A stretch of 64,000 nt of DNA from an uncultured Phycisphaerales bacterium (GCA_963844715.1 CAWJPJ010000006.1:544001-608000); one strand, 5' to 3'. Positions 28,469 through 42,452 are shown, numbered from the stretch's first letter. The notes: generated from the letters alone by a model not told the origin. Numbers and translations: made by a program.

Positions 28469-31400
28469 TTAAGCCGCCCGCCGCCGCCGTCGGCTCACCA
28501 GCATCATTCCCGCCGCGCCCAGCAGCGTCAGCGATCCCGGCTCCGGCACAAGCTCCGTGAACTCCACGTACGCCGTCGTCCCGGTGTATCCGGTCTCGAA
28601 CTGGCCGTTGGAATAGGATTGGCTCTGATCCAGGTTGAAGCCCTGCATGAGGTCCACCGCATCCGGCGCGTTGATCACGACAAAGGTATCGCCGATCTGC
28701 GGCACATATGCCGGATTCAGGTCCAGATAGAGCGTTCCGCCGTCGATCAGAGCATCCCCTGTGGGAACCAGCAGGGAATCGGAACTTCCTAATCCCTCGA
28801 TGCCAATCGAGAGCGTCCCGCCGGCTTCCTGCGAGAATCCGCTTGAAATCGTCAGCACGCTGCTGTTCACGTCGATCCCGCCGGGATCAACCGTTCCGCC
28901 GGAGTTATCGACGGTGCCGTTGATGGTTCCGCCGCCGTCGATCGTGCCGCCCTGGTTGGAGACGCTTCCGTCCATCGTGCCGTCGACCTGCGTGCTTCCG
29001 CCGGTCTGCTTATAAGTATCGGCGTCTAGAATGCCGTCCGGCTCAACCGTCACGGTCCCGGCGGTCGTGATGCTCGGTGGATCGACATCGCCAAATCGAC
29101 CCACGTACAAATTCGCCGTCGCGGCGATGGTCCAGTTCCCGTTGCTGTTGACCTTGCTGATCGAACCGGGAAGGCCCTGCACGGTCACCGCCGCCCCGGT
29201 GGTGGACATATTGCCGTTCAAATTCAGCACGGCGTTTCCGCCGGAAACGTTTACCGTCGCGCTATTGTTCAGATCGCCGTCGATCGTCATGGTCGTATTG
29301 GCCGCTCCTATCCCGGCCCCGATGACGTTCAGCGTACCCTTGCCTTCGTTGACAACGTCCTCGGCGAAAGTCACGGTGCCGGTGTTGAGGGCCGTGATCA
29401 CGCCATCGTTCGTATCGGCCGTATTTCCTATGTCGAAGCTGAAGAACGACCCGCCTGAATCCGCGGTCACATTACCGTAGCCGTTGTAGGACCCGACAGT
29501 AACGCTGCCGCCCGCGGAAGCATCGACGTTACCGCCGTCATTGCTGAGCAGGCCATTCTGCCCGGACAGCCCCAGAGGATCGACGTTCAGCGCGCTGTTC
29601 GTGCCCGAGACCGTGACCGTGCCGGCGTTGTTCAAGGACCCGGCGGTGGCCGTCCCGGCTGAGGTGATCGAAAGACTGGCGCCGATCATGTTGCTCAGAT
29701 TGCCCATGTTCCCGGCGTTGGGGCCGGTGTTGAACGCCGAGGCGGCGCCAGATACCAGAATCGTGCCGTTGTTCGCCGCGCCGACTTTGGCGGTCTGGAT
29801 GATTCCGCCCGGATCGACAACGATCGTACCCATATTATTCAGCAACCCACCGGCAGCCAAAGTGATCGTGCCGCCGGAATTGCTCTTCAATGTGGCCAGC
29901 GCCGTATTGGTCAGATTAAGGGTGTTCAGCGCGCTGGTGGCGCCCTGAACGACAACCAGGCCGGTGCCATTGTTGGTGAACGTCGTGGCGGCGGCATTGG
30001 CCGTCATGACCGAGCCGCCCTGGATCGTGATATTCCCCGCCGTGTTGACGTTATTGTTCGTATTGAGGATCCCGCCGGAGTCGAGCAGGATTTGCCCAAC
30101 GATCGCGCCGTCGTTGTTGTTAGTCAGCACGCCCGTATTGGTCAGCGTCCCGCCATTTTCGGCGGTGATCTGCCCGCCGGTATTGTTCAGCGAATTGACC
30201 GTAACCGTGGACCCCGCGCCCGCGATGTCCATGGTTCCGTCGGCGTTGCTGTCGGGACCCGTATTGGACGTGAAAGTCGAGCCGCTTTCCACGTCCATGG
30301 TGCCGGTATTGGTCAGCGAAGCCGCGGTGATTGAAGAAGCGCCGCTGAGAGCAGTCACGGCGTCCGCCCCGCTGTTCGTGAATGAACTCGAACCCGTCAT
30401 CGTCGCCCCGTTCAACAACGTAAGGGTGCCGTCGGTGAGGCTGAAGGCGCCCGGACATTCAGAGTCGGCCGTCCCGCCAGGGCGGAATTGTTGTTCAGGA
30501 CAATCGCCCCACCGCTGCTGGTGAATGCAAGCGTATCCGCCGCCGCCCCGCCGCCCACCGTAATGGTCCCGCCGGTCTGGGTGGTTGTGCCGACGTCGAG
30601 AAGGGCCGAGGCGCCGACACTGACCACGCCCAGGTTGTTCGTGAAGTTGGAATAAGCCGCATTGCCGTTGGTGGCAAACTTGGAATTGGCGCCCGACAGG
30701 GTCAGGGCGCCGCCATTGGTGACAGCCCCGGTTGAGACGAACGTCGACCCGCCGGACATCGTGATGCTGCCGTTGTTCGTGATGGCGCCGGTCGCAGTGA
30801 AGGCCGATGCCCCCGATTCCGTCACGTCCCCGGAGTTAATCAGATTGCCGGTCGTGGTCAAACTGAGTGTGGCCCCGGCCAGCAGATCCACCGCCCCCGA
30901 GTTCGTCAAATCGCCGCGCACCTTGAAAGTCGGCCGATTCGCAAGCGTTGACGCGCTGTTCAATGTCAGCGTGCCGCCGTTGTTCGTGTAATCGAACGAA
31001 TCGCCCGCCGACCCGGACGAAATCGAAACCGTTCCGTCATTCTGAGTCACGTCGCCGACATCCCACAGAGAAGCCCCGGTCGCCGAAACCGACCCGGACC
31101 CGGCATTCATCGTGAAATCGCTGTACGCGTCGGGCCCATCCAGATCCGTCGCGAACGTGGACCCGCCGGAAAGGATTACGCTCCCCGAACTGGTCACGTC
31201 GTCCGACGTCGTCAGCGTTCCCCCATTGGTCACTTCAATCAATCCATCCGCGCCCCCCGAGGAACCGTTGGAGAGCGTTCCGCTGATGTTCACTTTTCCC
31301 TTGGCCAGGCTGAGCAGGCCGCCGTCGTTGTCGAAGTCATCCGTGTTCAGCACGCTGCTCGATCCCCCGATGGTCACCGTTCCCCCGTCGTTGGTGAACG

Positions 31401-34400
31401 TGTCCGTGTTCATCACGGTTGACGTCAAACTCAAGGTCCCGTCGGTATCGTCGAAATCGTCGGTCGTGGCGGTGGTGGATGTCAGGCCGACCGTGCCCCC
31501 GTTGTTGTCAAAGTCGTCGGTGGTCAGCGTCGCGTTCGCGCCGGTCATCGTCAGAGTGCCGCCGTCCGTGTTGTCGAAATCCCCCGTCTGGATCGTCGAC
31601 GCGCCCGCCGCGATGATCGTACCGTTCCCGGAGTTATCCACCTGGCCTGTGCCCGAAAGGGTGGCCGTGTTTAGACTGATAAAGTTGTTGTTGTTCAACC
31701 CCGCATTCGGATACGACAACGCCGATCCCGAATTGAGCGTCATCGTCCCGTTGTTGGTCATGCCATTTCCCCAAACCAAGGCGTTCCCGGTTCCGGTGAC
31801 GACCACCTGGCCCGTGTCGCTGTTGGTGAACTCATTCCCCGCCCCGTTATCTGAGAGGGTCCCGTTCCCGGCCTGGAAGTTGATTGTCCCGTCATTCTCG
31901 AAATCCGTCATGTCCGGAATCAATACCAGCGCATTGCTTTGAATATTGATCGTCCCGGTCTGGTCTTCATTGCTCACGTCATTATGAAGGGCAAGACTCC
32001 CCTCGGCCGTGATCGTCCCTTCGTTCTTGATTCCGCCCAGAAATGAAACCACGCCCTTGCCGCTGATTGTTCCCTGGTTATCGAGTTCCAATCCGGTCCC
32101 GAGATCGGTCAGGGTCGCCCCGCCGCCGCCATCGCCGATGGTGATGGTGCCCGTGGTAAGGAAATCATCGCCGTCGCTCCCGCCGACGATCGCCAGTCCG
32201 CTCCCGCCGGAGGCGATGGTGATCGTTCCATTATTGATCGGCGCCTCGGTCCCTCCGATGGTCATCCCGGCGCTGGTGACCGAGATCGAAGCCGTCGAGC
32301 TGCTGTTGATCACCTGCTCGGTCTCGTCATACATCCCGCTGGCCAGACCCAGCGTACCGCCGCCGGTGATTTGGCCGCTGTTGATCAGGTTATGCCCCTC
32401 AGCCGTCACGTTGGCGTTGGATCCGTTCAGATAGATCTCTCCGCTGTTGTCGAGATCCGTATTGGCGACAACCAGATTGAAATTCGCCGCGATATTGACC
32501 TTACCGGCCTGGGTCACGTTGTCCGAATCGACCACCAGCGCACCGGCCGACCCGGTCCCCAGATTCATCGTGCCGCCAACGTTATTCGCCAATGCCGTCG
32601 ACTCGACGGTGCCGCCCGTCGCGTTGATGATGCCATCCAGATCGTTGTAAATGAACGGCCCCTCGAGCGCACCGCCGGTGTTGAAGGTGAACGTACTGTA
32701 GTTCACGAACCCGCCCACCGTGTCCAGCGTGCCGCCTGTGTTGACGATGGTGCTGCCGTAGTTGTTCACGGCCGCCGCGGAGCCCGGCGTCGCGCTGGTC
32801 ATCGTAAAGACCGATCCATTATTCGCCGTTAACGTGCCATAGTTGTTAAAAATTCCCGAGTTAAACGTCGGCGTGCCGGAATTGCCGTTCACATACCCAT
32901 AGTTGTCGAACGTATTGCTCCCCTGCGGCCCGGTTGTGAATTGCGCCGTGTCATAAAGATTGATGTAACTGTTCGGGTGCGAGTTGTCCCCGTTCTGCTG
33001 GTCCCCGCCCCGGAAGAGCAAATTGCCGTCGCCGTACCCGTTGATGATCCCGTTGTCGTTGTTCAGATTCCCCTGCGGCTGATTCACCACCTGCCCGTTG
33101 GGCGTGTCATATCCCACGTCAATATACGCGTCGTAGTTCAGCACCGCCCCGTTGACGTTCGTCAGGATCGGACTCGAAAGCGTCCGCCCGCGCACGATCG
33201 TATCGCCCAGCAAATTCATCGTTGTGATATATCCCCCGGGCGTGGAATCGCCGTCGTTGATGATCTGCCCGGTAATCTCCATATGCTGAGAACCCGTCGG
33301 GTCATACGTGTACGTCCCGCCCGTGTAGTTCTCCAGGCTGCTGATGATGTCCGGGTACATCCCCTTGGGAAGCTGATCGACCTGCCCGATCAGCACGTTC
33401 CCCTGCATGACCATGACCGCGCCCTGCTGATTGACGACATTCACGCCGGGCGTGGTGTGCCCCATCGTGAAATCACCCGCGAAATCCATGTAGCTCGAGA
33501 CGCCGCTTTGGAGGAGCCCGGATTGTGAATTATAGATCGTGCCGGTCCCCTGATTGGTCAGATTGCCGTTGATGAAGAACGTGCCGCCGCCGGTTGGGTC
33601 GAACAGGTACTGACCGCCGGATTCGTTGACCATGTTGGTTGGATTGGTCACCGCCGCGCGGTTGTACATGTAAGCGCCGTTTTCGTTGGTGACGGCCGCT
33701 TCGAAAGTGGTCGCGCCATTCAGATCCATCACTGCGCCAGGATCGGAGTTGGTGACTGTATTCTGGAACGTGATCGACTGCGCGCCGGTCCCGTCATAAC
33801 GGAAATATCCCCACTGCGAATGATTCGTCACCGTGCCGGTGATGGTCGGGCTGCCGTTCAGCCAGACAAGGCCCTGCGTATCCAGATTGCCCGCGATCGT
33901 CCCGGTTGTCGCCGAGCCGGTGAGCGGAACGGGATCGGTAAACGCTCCCGTCGTCACGCCGGTAACCGGCTGGATATACGCCGGAGTCGGAACCGTATAT
34001 CCCCCTTCGTAACTGCCGCCCAGAACCGTCGCGGCGGGCAATCCGTCGTCGTTTGCCACGGAACTGCTCAGCGCCTGGCTGAGTCCCGTGTTGTTCGCAA
34101 CGTCGCCTGCGATGGCGTTTCGATTCCAATACGTGTTGTAACCAAACACCGGCGCATCGACGAAGATCGTGCCGGCCGTAGCGGTCTGGCCGTTCAGATT
34201 CAGCGTCGAGTCCGAGCCATCGAGCGTGATATTCGTCGTGACGTTCAGACTGTCGTCAAGAGTGAGGACGTTCAGAAACGGATCATACGGACCGGGAGGA
34301 GATTCCGGCGGCCAAGGCCAGGGATATTCCTGAATCAAAAGCGAATTGATCGTAACCGGGGTATCAAGCGTGACTTCGCGCGTACCCGGACCGGGTTCGT

Positions 34401-34650
34401 CAACGTCGGGAAGAACGACGTCGTAGGTATTCCCCCCGCCATTGTCGGGGACCAAGTCGAGGTCCCAATTGCTCGGGTCGCTCCAATTGCCGCTATTCGC
34501 GCTGTTCCAGGTAACCGTGGTCTGTGCTCGCAGCATCGAACAAATGCACAAAAGACCCGCGAGAAATGCTATGACTGACCACTGTTTGCCATAAACCGAA
34601 CTATACAAACTCCCTGGAGCGCACGACGATCCGTCGTCTCCCATAACCAC
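28469..34650 (-). CDS. Giant (~2060 aa) PEP-CTERM beta-strand-repeat surface protein, frameshift near 30445
   Basis: Signal peptide; WxxANSGNWSDPSNW; Gly/Asn/Thr passenger-like repeats; C-terminal VPEPGSLTLLG...RRRRR. Confidence 0.88.
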
Positions 34651-34801
34651 CCTCCGGTCGTTTAAGTTTTTCGTGATTCACGTAAACTACCCCGTGAATT
34701 GCGACAGTCAGCCTACCTCGAATTTGAGATAGGTCAAGTAAAAAACGGAGATTCCGCGCGAATTTGTGAAATGCTAACAATCAAAAAAACGTATCAAAAC
34801 G

Positions 34802-35464
34802 CTACGTCGATTGTATTTTCTGCTCCAGCTCCACGGCCGCCCCTGATGTGATTAGCGGCTTAACCATGCTACTGCCCGACCCAATCGGCGGAATGTAATT
34901 CCCTGTCGACAAAATGACTTTGAACGCTTCCTCCGGGGTGATCCGAAGGATTGTGCATTTTTTCACATCGATGAAATACAGCCGCCCCGTGATCGGGTTC
35001 GGCGCCGAGGGAACAAAAACGCAATAGCATGCCGGATCAAGTTCAATCACCCGCCCGCTCGTGAACCCCATCATCCGCATCTGCCCCGTCTCGTCCGGAA
35101 CCAGCACCACGTTCGAAAACGTCCCCTCCGTCCCTCCCGGCGTCAGCGCGATCTGCTTCCACCCCAGATAAAGCTGCCTCACCACCGGCAGCCGCATCAG
35201 CACCGCATCCAACAATCCCAAAAAATACCGCCCCAAAATGCTCGACGTGATCAAACCCGTCACGTAAATCGCCCCGATCGCGATCAAGACGCCGAGAAAC
35301 GGAATGCTGCGATGAAACAGATAAACCGTGATCCCGCGCGTCTTTTCATCCACCCACCAGACGATAAAAATCGTGACCGCCAGCGGCACCGCCGCAAAAA
35401 TCCCCGCGACGAACGTCCGCCGAATGCTCCCCCTGGAAAAGAAATTGGATTCGTGGTCCATCAT
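34802..35464 (-). CDS. DUF502-domain membrane protein
   Basis: FVAGIFAAVPLAVT; RLPVVRQLY; VFVPSAPNPITG. Confidence 0.88.
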   Translation of the reverse strand: MMDHESNFFSRGSIRRTFVAGIFAAVPLAVTIFIVWWVDEKTRGITVYLFHRSIPFLGVLIAIGAIYVTGLITSSILGRYFLGLLDAVLMRLPVVRQLYLGWKQIALTPGGTEGTFSNVVLVPDETGQMRMMGFTSGRVIELDPACYCVFVPSAPNPITGRLYFIDVKKCTILRITPEEAFKVILSTGNYIPPIGSGSSMVKPLITSGAAVELEQKIQST

Positions 35465-35510
35465 AACCCGATTCGCCCGCTCAGCATCATCCGCCAACGC
35501 CGGGAAAACC

Positions 35511-36633
35511 TCAATTCCCCGCCCCCGGCGTGATTCGCCGCCGCAATTCCGCCACCGCCGCCACCCGCGCATCGCCGGTCAGCCCCAAATCAAACCGCGG
35601 GTCCTTCCCAGTCAGTCGCCGCAGATGGTCCAGCGCCGCCGCCCGTAAGTCGCGATCGTCGCTGTAGAGCATATCGATCAAAAAATCCCGATCTTTTCGC
35701 AACCTCGCCAGCGTCGCGCCGTCCAATGGATGATATGGCGCCAAGAATTGGTCCAGTCTCTCCGTCTGCTCGGGGCTCAGCCCCGAGCGCTGGGTCGCCA
35801 AGAGGTAAAGCGCCGCAGGCTCCCCGATCTGCTTCAACCCCTTCTGCGCCGCCGCCCGGGTCGAATAATCATCCGAATTCAGTTGTCCCACCAACTCGTC
35901 CACTTTCTCGCCCAACCCCGCCGGCGGCGACCACGTATCCGAAACCACCTGCCAACCCATCTTATCCTCGACGCCGAACACCACTTCCTCCTGCCCAAAC
36001 TCGCGCATCGCCGGCCGCAGATATCGCTCATATTCCGCGGGATATTTCCGCCGAAGATCGCTCAGCCCATTCCCCAAATACTTCTCCCGAACGATCTTTC
36101 CAGATCCTTCGCCTTCAGGAATCACCTGCACGCGCAGCACCACCGGCGCATCAGCCCCCGGATCGGCGGACTCATCCAGCGAAACCGTCGTCGACTTTTC
36201 GGGCGTATCAACGTTGTAATCAATCCCCAGCAGAATCCAGCTACTCCCCAGGCCAATATGCTCCTCCCCCACATGTGGATTCGAATAATCAAAGTAATCA
36301 AACCTGAAGTAACACAGCCCCGGAAATCGGCTGGCGTTCAATTTCAACTCCCCCTCTCCCACGCCGCCCGTCAATTTGCACGCGATGATCCGAGTCCTTC
36401 CCATCATAAATCGGGCAGCTTGCAATGAGCACATCTCCATTCATCCGCAGTCGCACCAGCTCCGCCACCGACTTGGCCGAAATCAGCGGCAGCTTCGCCG
36501 CCCCCGCCAACATCGGATTCCCCCCGCCACCCGGCTGCGTCGGCGCCGCACTCTGCGGCGACTTTTCCGTCGCCGGCTGTGTCGTCCCCGCCACGCAGGC
36601 CAGACATACGATTCCCGCCAGAATTCGCCGCAT
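35511..36633 (-). CDS. Secreted hypothetical protein with C-terminal HEAT-like repeats, frameshift near 36420
   Basis: Signal + TTQPAT linker in ORF 36298..36633; LNSDDYSTRAAAQKGL and DDRDLRAAALDHL in ORF 35511..36440. Confidence 0.65.
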
Positions 36634-36713
36634 GCAGCCGATTATATGGTATCAGCAGGCGAATTTTGCCCTCGCTTACCGTCCGCACTTCGGCGCGGGT
36701 AGAATGGAGCGTC

Positions 36714-38607
36714 ATGACTCGCCTGGATCGGCACATCCTGGCCGTTCGAAACCGCCTGACTCTAGGCCGGTTCCTCCAAACCTGGGGCATGGCCCTTCTC
36801 TATTTGGCGATCGTCATCTGGCTAGCCATCGCCGGCGAGAAACTCCTCAACCGCATCCTCCCGCACTGGGCCGTTCTGATTTACGCCGGCCTTTTCTGCA
36901 CGATTCTGACCGCCGCGATCTGGAGCCTGACCCGCCGTCCCAGCGCGCAGGTTGCCGCTATCGCGATCGACCGCGAATTGAATCTCAAGGAAACATTCAG
37001 CAGCGCCATCTTCGCTAAATCATTCGACGACCCATTTGCCCGCGCAGTGGTGCTCGACGCTCAGCAGACCGCCGACAACGTCTCCCTGCAAAGCCGCTTC
37101 CCCCTCAAATTCCCGCGCTCGGCCGGGTTCGCCGCCGCCGTCTTCATCGCCGCGCTCTTGACCGCCTGGCTTGTCCCTCCGCTCCATTTGCTGGCCACGC
37201 CAACTCCCCCGCCGGCCACCATCGCCCGTGTCAACGATCGCCAAGCCACCGACAAGCTGCTCAAGGACCAGCTCCCGCGCATCGAGCAAGGCGCCAAGCT
37301 CCTGAGCGCTGACGACGCCATCCGCCGCGCCGCGGACGATCTCGACAAAGCCGCCCACACCACCGAGGGCGACGATCTTCACGCCAAGCGCAGCGCCCTC
37401 TCGCCGCTCGAGGATCTTCAAAAAGCCTTCCGCGAAGATTTGGAAAAGAACCAGGAATTCCAGAACGCGCAAACGACCAAGGAAGCGCTCGCCGAGATGC
37501 AAGGCGCGACCGACACCTCAACGCCGATGGGCCAGGCGCGAAAATGATCTCAAGTCCGGCGACCTCGACTCCGCGATGTCCAACATCTCCAAGGCCGTCG
37601 ATCAATTCAACAAGCTCCCTCCCGAGCAGCAGCAAAAAATCCTCAACCAGGCGCAGCAGCTCGCCCAGCAACTCGCCAATGCCGCGAACAATCCCGCCAC
37701 CGGCCAGAAGATCGCCCACCAACTCATGCAAATGGGCGCCAGCCAGTCGATGGCGCAGAACATGTCCGCCGCGATGCAGCAAGCCGCCTCCGGCGACAAA
37801 CAAGCGCAGCGGCAACTTCAGCAAATGGCCAAGCAACTAAGCCAACAGATGAACAACGGCCAGGGCCCCACCCAGCAGCAACAGCATCAGATTCAACAAA
37901 TGATGGCCAAAGCCCAGGCGATGGCGAATTCCCAGGCCCAGGCCGGTGCGCTCTCCAGTTCCATGCAACAACTCGCCAGTTCCATGCAGCAAGCCAAGGC
38001 GTCGCAACAAGTCGGTCATCCCGGCCAGATGCCCAAGCCCGGCCAGCAAGGCTCCTCCCAGTCCCAGCAAATGTCTCAAGCCGCCCAGGGTTTGCATCAG
38101 CAGTTACAACAGATGCAAGCCCAGGCCAAGGACGCCCAGGCCATGAAAGCCGCCGCCGATGCCTCCGCCGCCGCGGCCGCCGACGCCGCCGCCGGTCTAA
38201 ACGGCGACTCCGGCTCCGGCAACGATCAGTCCAGCGACAACACCAACTCCAATCTCAATACCTCCGACCAGAACAACCAAAATCAAAACCAGCCCGGCCA
38301 ACGAAAAGGCGGCGCCGGCGGCCTGGGCAACGGCGGCGCGAAAAATCCCGACATGGAGGAAGCCCCCTATCACATGAAGCAGGAAATCGATCCCTCCAAG
38401 GACATCGCCAACGGAAAGATTCTCGCCAGCCGATACGTCCGCGCCGGCATCGACCCGGGCCAATCCACCGCCGGCCTCCGCGCCGCAGCCGCCTCAGGCG
38501 AGCAACAAGAATCCGACGACATCGAACAAGACCACGTCTCCAGAGACGCCCAACAAACCGTCAAAGACTATTTCTCCTCCATCCAACAATCCGACCAGCA
38601 ACAATAG
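36714..38607 (+). CDS. Membrane-anchored Gln-rich coiled-coil protein of the MoxR cluster, frameshift near 37545
   Basis: 3 N-terminal TMs; AIAIDRELNLKETFSSA; long Q/A/M-rich helix; C-terminal QTVKDYF. Confidence 0.75.
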
Positions 38608-39239
38608 CCCCTGAAGCGCAATCCCCTAACGCCCACGGCGCTGCCGTGGGGCATTGGGTTTTCTATATTGATGGAACCCGCCGAGGAAAGCGCAGGATTC
38701 AACCAAACCACCGCCCCCTTCTTCCCATGCCCCGCGATGTAATTCAAAGCATTCAACCGATGCGCACTATCTCGAATGGGTTTGCATTCCGACCGCTTGC
38801 CCCAAATTCCTTCGCCCCGTTTCAAATCAAGAGAAATCCCCCTGGCAGCGCCATGGGCGTTAAGGAATTCCTTCAACTTCTTCGTCGCAAAATATTTCGC
38901 CCACCCCAACCTATGGCGCGGACGATTGTCGTCAAATCTCGCGAGCACATGCAAGTGTGAGCCATCCAAACAAGCCACCAACACGATTACACCAGCTTTC
39001 ATCAGGCATTCCACTGCCGCTCGCAATACCGTTTCCCGCACTTCCCGGCCCAATCGCACTGGATCTCGATCCATCAAATCTTTGGATTGTTTAAGTATCC
39101 GCTCGAACGTTCCTTTTCCGGGCGGTTTTCGATAATCCCCATCGACATGTTTGCGATGCCATCGCTCCCGCCATCCGCGCGGATCGCCCCTCAGCCACGT
39201 GCCATAGCTATTACACATGCAGTGATACCAATTGCCCAC
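38568..39239 (-). mobile_element. Y1/HUH transposase-like gene (IS200/RAYT-like)
   Basis: YHCMCNSYGTWLRGDPRG; HUH motif HLHVL; IWGKR; putative catalytic Tyr in LNYI; antisense to the surrounding operon. Confidence 0.75.
38627..38652. repeat. REP-like hairpin; inverted copy at 38838-38862
   Basis: taacgcccacggcgctgccgtgggg versus reverse complement taacgcccatggcgctgccaggggg (22/25). Confidence 0.7.
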
Positions 39240-39258
39240 GGTGACTTCATTTTACCGA

Positions 39259-42200
39259 ATGCACCGCAAGTGGTTATATTGGATTGTCTTGACCCTCATG
39301 CCGGCCGCGCCGCTCAACATTTTGGGATACGCAACTCTACGGCTGGATTACTTCTCGCCCTGGACCGCCCTCGGAATTTTCACATGTCTAGGCTCAACCA
39401 CCATTCTCCTCGGCCTCCGTTCCCTCGCCGGCCTCGGCCCGGTCCGCAAATGGGTCGCCATCGTCGTCCGCCTGCTCGTTCTGCTCCTGCTCATTCTCAT
39501 CCTCGGCGACATCCAATGGGTCCGCCAAAACACCGCCGTCGAAGTGATGGTCGTCCGCGACATCAGCCGCTCCACGCAACTCGTCCGCGATTTCCCTGGC
39601 CAATTCCTGCAATCTTCCATCGACGACTATCTCATCCAGGCCACCAGCCCCGCCAATTCCGCCTCGCACCAGGAGGGCGACAAAGTCGGCGAGATCAGCT
39701 TCAACGAGCAGCCTTTCATCGACGCCATTCCCTCTGACAAACTCTCGCTTCAGCGCCGCGCCATCCGCGGCCCCGGCACCGGCACCGACGCCGCGGCCGC
39801 TATCGAGCTTGGTCTTGCTTCGATGGACAGCGACGCCATGCACCGCCTGCTTCTGATCTGGGACGGCAACGACACCCAGGGAGACCTCGATACGCGCCCT
39901 CGCCGCCGCCGCCGGGCAGCACGTCCCCATCGACGTCATGCCCCTTCAGTACAACGTCACCCACGAGGTCATGCTCGACAAATTCATCGCCCCCACCTGG
40001 CGCCAGGAAGGCCAGCCCTTCACGATTGAGATTCACATTCTCAGCACCAACACGCAGGACGTCGCCGCCAATCTCTCCGTGACCGACAACGGCCGCCTCA
40101 TGCCCCTCGAGGACGGCAAAACCACCGAGCGCATCCTGGTCCGCCCCGGCCGCAACGTCGAACGCGTCGAAGTCCCCCCGCGCTCCGCCGGCGTCCATCA
40201 ATTTCACGCCACCATCGACGACGTGAAAAATATCACCGCCTTCATCGACAACACGCCGCCCGCCAGCGATCTCGACAACAAATCCGGCGACATGGTTACC
40301 TTCGTCAAAGGCAAAGGCCAGGTCCTCTTCGTCGACAACACCGACCCGGACCATTCCGTCGATGCTGGCCGCTTCCTGCGCGACGCTCTCCAATCCCAAA
40401 AGATCAACATCGTCTCGATCTTCCCCGACCAGTTCCCCAACAATCCCATCGATCTCCAGGGCTACGACGCCGTAATCCTCGCCAACGTCCCGCGCGGCGT
40501 AGGCGGACTCAGCGACGAGCAGGAACACATGCTCGCCGGTTACATCCACGACACCGGCGGCGGTCTCGTCATGATCGGCGGACCCCAATCCTTCGGGGCG
40601 GGCGGCTGGGAAGGCTCACGCCTCGAACAGGAACTCCCCGTCGTCATGGAAGTCCCCGCCCAGCGCGAAATTCCCAAAGGTGCGTTGGTCCTCTGCATGG
40701 ACCCCTCCGAAGCCCCGGATGGAAATTACTGGGGCGCCGAGTGCGCCATCAAAGCCGCCGAAACGCTCTCCTCGCGCGACGAAGTCGGCGTCATCGACTT
40801 TGCCTGGGGTGGCCCAGGCGGCATCGTCGGCTGCCGCTGGGAAGCCCCCCTCGCCCCCAAAGGCAACGGCAGCAGAATTCAGGCGGCAATCAAAAACTGG
40901 AGCCTCGGCGATCTCCCCAGCTTCGACGAAGCCGTCAACCTCGCCCTCGACGGCAACGCCGATAGCCCCGGCCTCATCAAATCCGACGCCAAGGCCAAGC
41001 ACATCATCATCATTACCGATGACGACCCCGCTATGCCCACGCAAGCCACCATCCAAAAATGCATCGACAACAAAGTCTCCATCTCCACGGTCACCGTCTA
41101 CCCTCACCAATCCGGAAACGTCGCCGTCGGCGTCCGTGAACTAGCCAAAGCCACCGGTGGAAAATCCTACGGCCCCATCGAGTCCAACCCCAATCAGCTT
41201 CCCCAAATCTTCATTAAGGAAGCCACCGTCGTAAAACGCAGCATCGTCCAGGAAGACCCCAAAGGCATCCCCGTCCGCTTAAGCGCCTCCTCCAGCGATC
41301 TGGTCAAAGGCCTGGTCCCCGGTTCCCTTCCCGTAATCTACGGCATGGACCTCACCGGCCGCCGCGACAACCCCCTCGTGAACATCCCCATCACCGCCGG
41401 CCTAAAAGCCGATCCACTGCTCGCCGAGTGGCAAGCCGGTCTCGGAAAAGTCGCCGTCTACACCTCCGATGCCTTCAATCGCTGGGACGCCAACTGGGTC
41501 GACAGCGACCTTTACGACAAATTCTGGTCGCAGATCGTCCGCGGCGTTTCCCGCTCCCCCGTCTCCAGTGATTTTGAAATCGACATGACCACCGACGGCG
41601 ACAAAGGCCACGTCACCGTCCATGCCGAGCAGGAAGGAAACGCCTTCAACAATTTCCTGAATATCGCCGGCACCATCGCCGGCGGCGCTGACCTCACGCC
41701 CCATCCCGTGCGCCTGCTTCAAACGGGCCCCGGAACCTACGAAGCCGATTTCGACGCCAGCCAGCAAGGGAGCTACATCTGCTACTTGAATTACTCCGGC
41801 CAGGACGGAAAAAGCGGCGTCCTCCTCGCCGGCACCAGCGTCAACAGCTCCCCCGAACTCCGCAATCTCCGCAGCAATGACAGCCTTCTCAACCAGATCG
41901 CCCAGCGCACGGGCGGCCGGGTCCTGACCCCGTTCGATCCCACCTCCGCCGATCTCTTCAGCCGCGACGGTTTGGAAGTCAGCTCCTCCCCCCAGCCGAT
42001 CTGGGACCGCTTGCTCCCCGTTGCTCTGGCCCTGATCCTCATCGACGTCGCCGTGCGCCGCATCGCCTGGAGCTGGGCGTCCACCAAGCGCCTCGCTGCA
42101 TCGGCCGCCGGTTTTGTCCGTCAATTTACTATGACTGTCCGCCCGGTTGAAAACCGCCAGGTTCTGGAAAGCCTCAAGCGCGTGCGAGGCGAAGTCGCCG

Positions 42201-42452
42201 AGCAGAAATTCAAACCCGCGCCGCCCCCCGCCGCCGCGCCCGCCCCGACGCCGCCGCCAAGTTCGACGCCGGCGCCGCCGGTGTCGAGGGAGACATCACC
42301 GCCGTCGTCGGCGGAGCCGTCGACCAGCCGATCCCCTCGGCCCCCAAAATCCGCAGCCCAAAGGCCTCACGCTCGGCGGGCACACCAGCTCCCTCCTCGA
42401 GGCCAAACGCCGCGCACAAATGAAAATCAAAAAGAAGGAAGAAGAATCTTAA
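39259..42452 (+). CDS. Membrane protein with two VWA domains and a glutamine-amidotransferase-like domain; frameshifts near 39893 and 42250
   Basis: MIDAS DISRS and DPSEA; WDGN; ITDD; GGGLVMIGGPQSFGAGGW; C-terminal TM LIDVAVRR; ends LLEAKRRA...EEES*; start uncertain. Confidence 0.82.
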
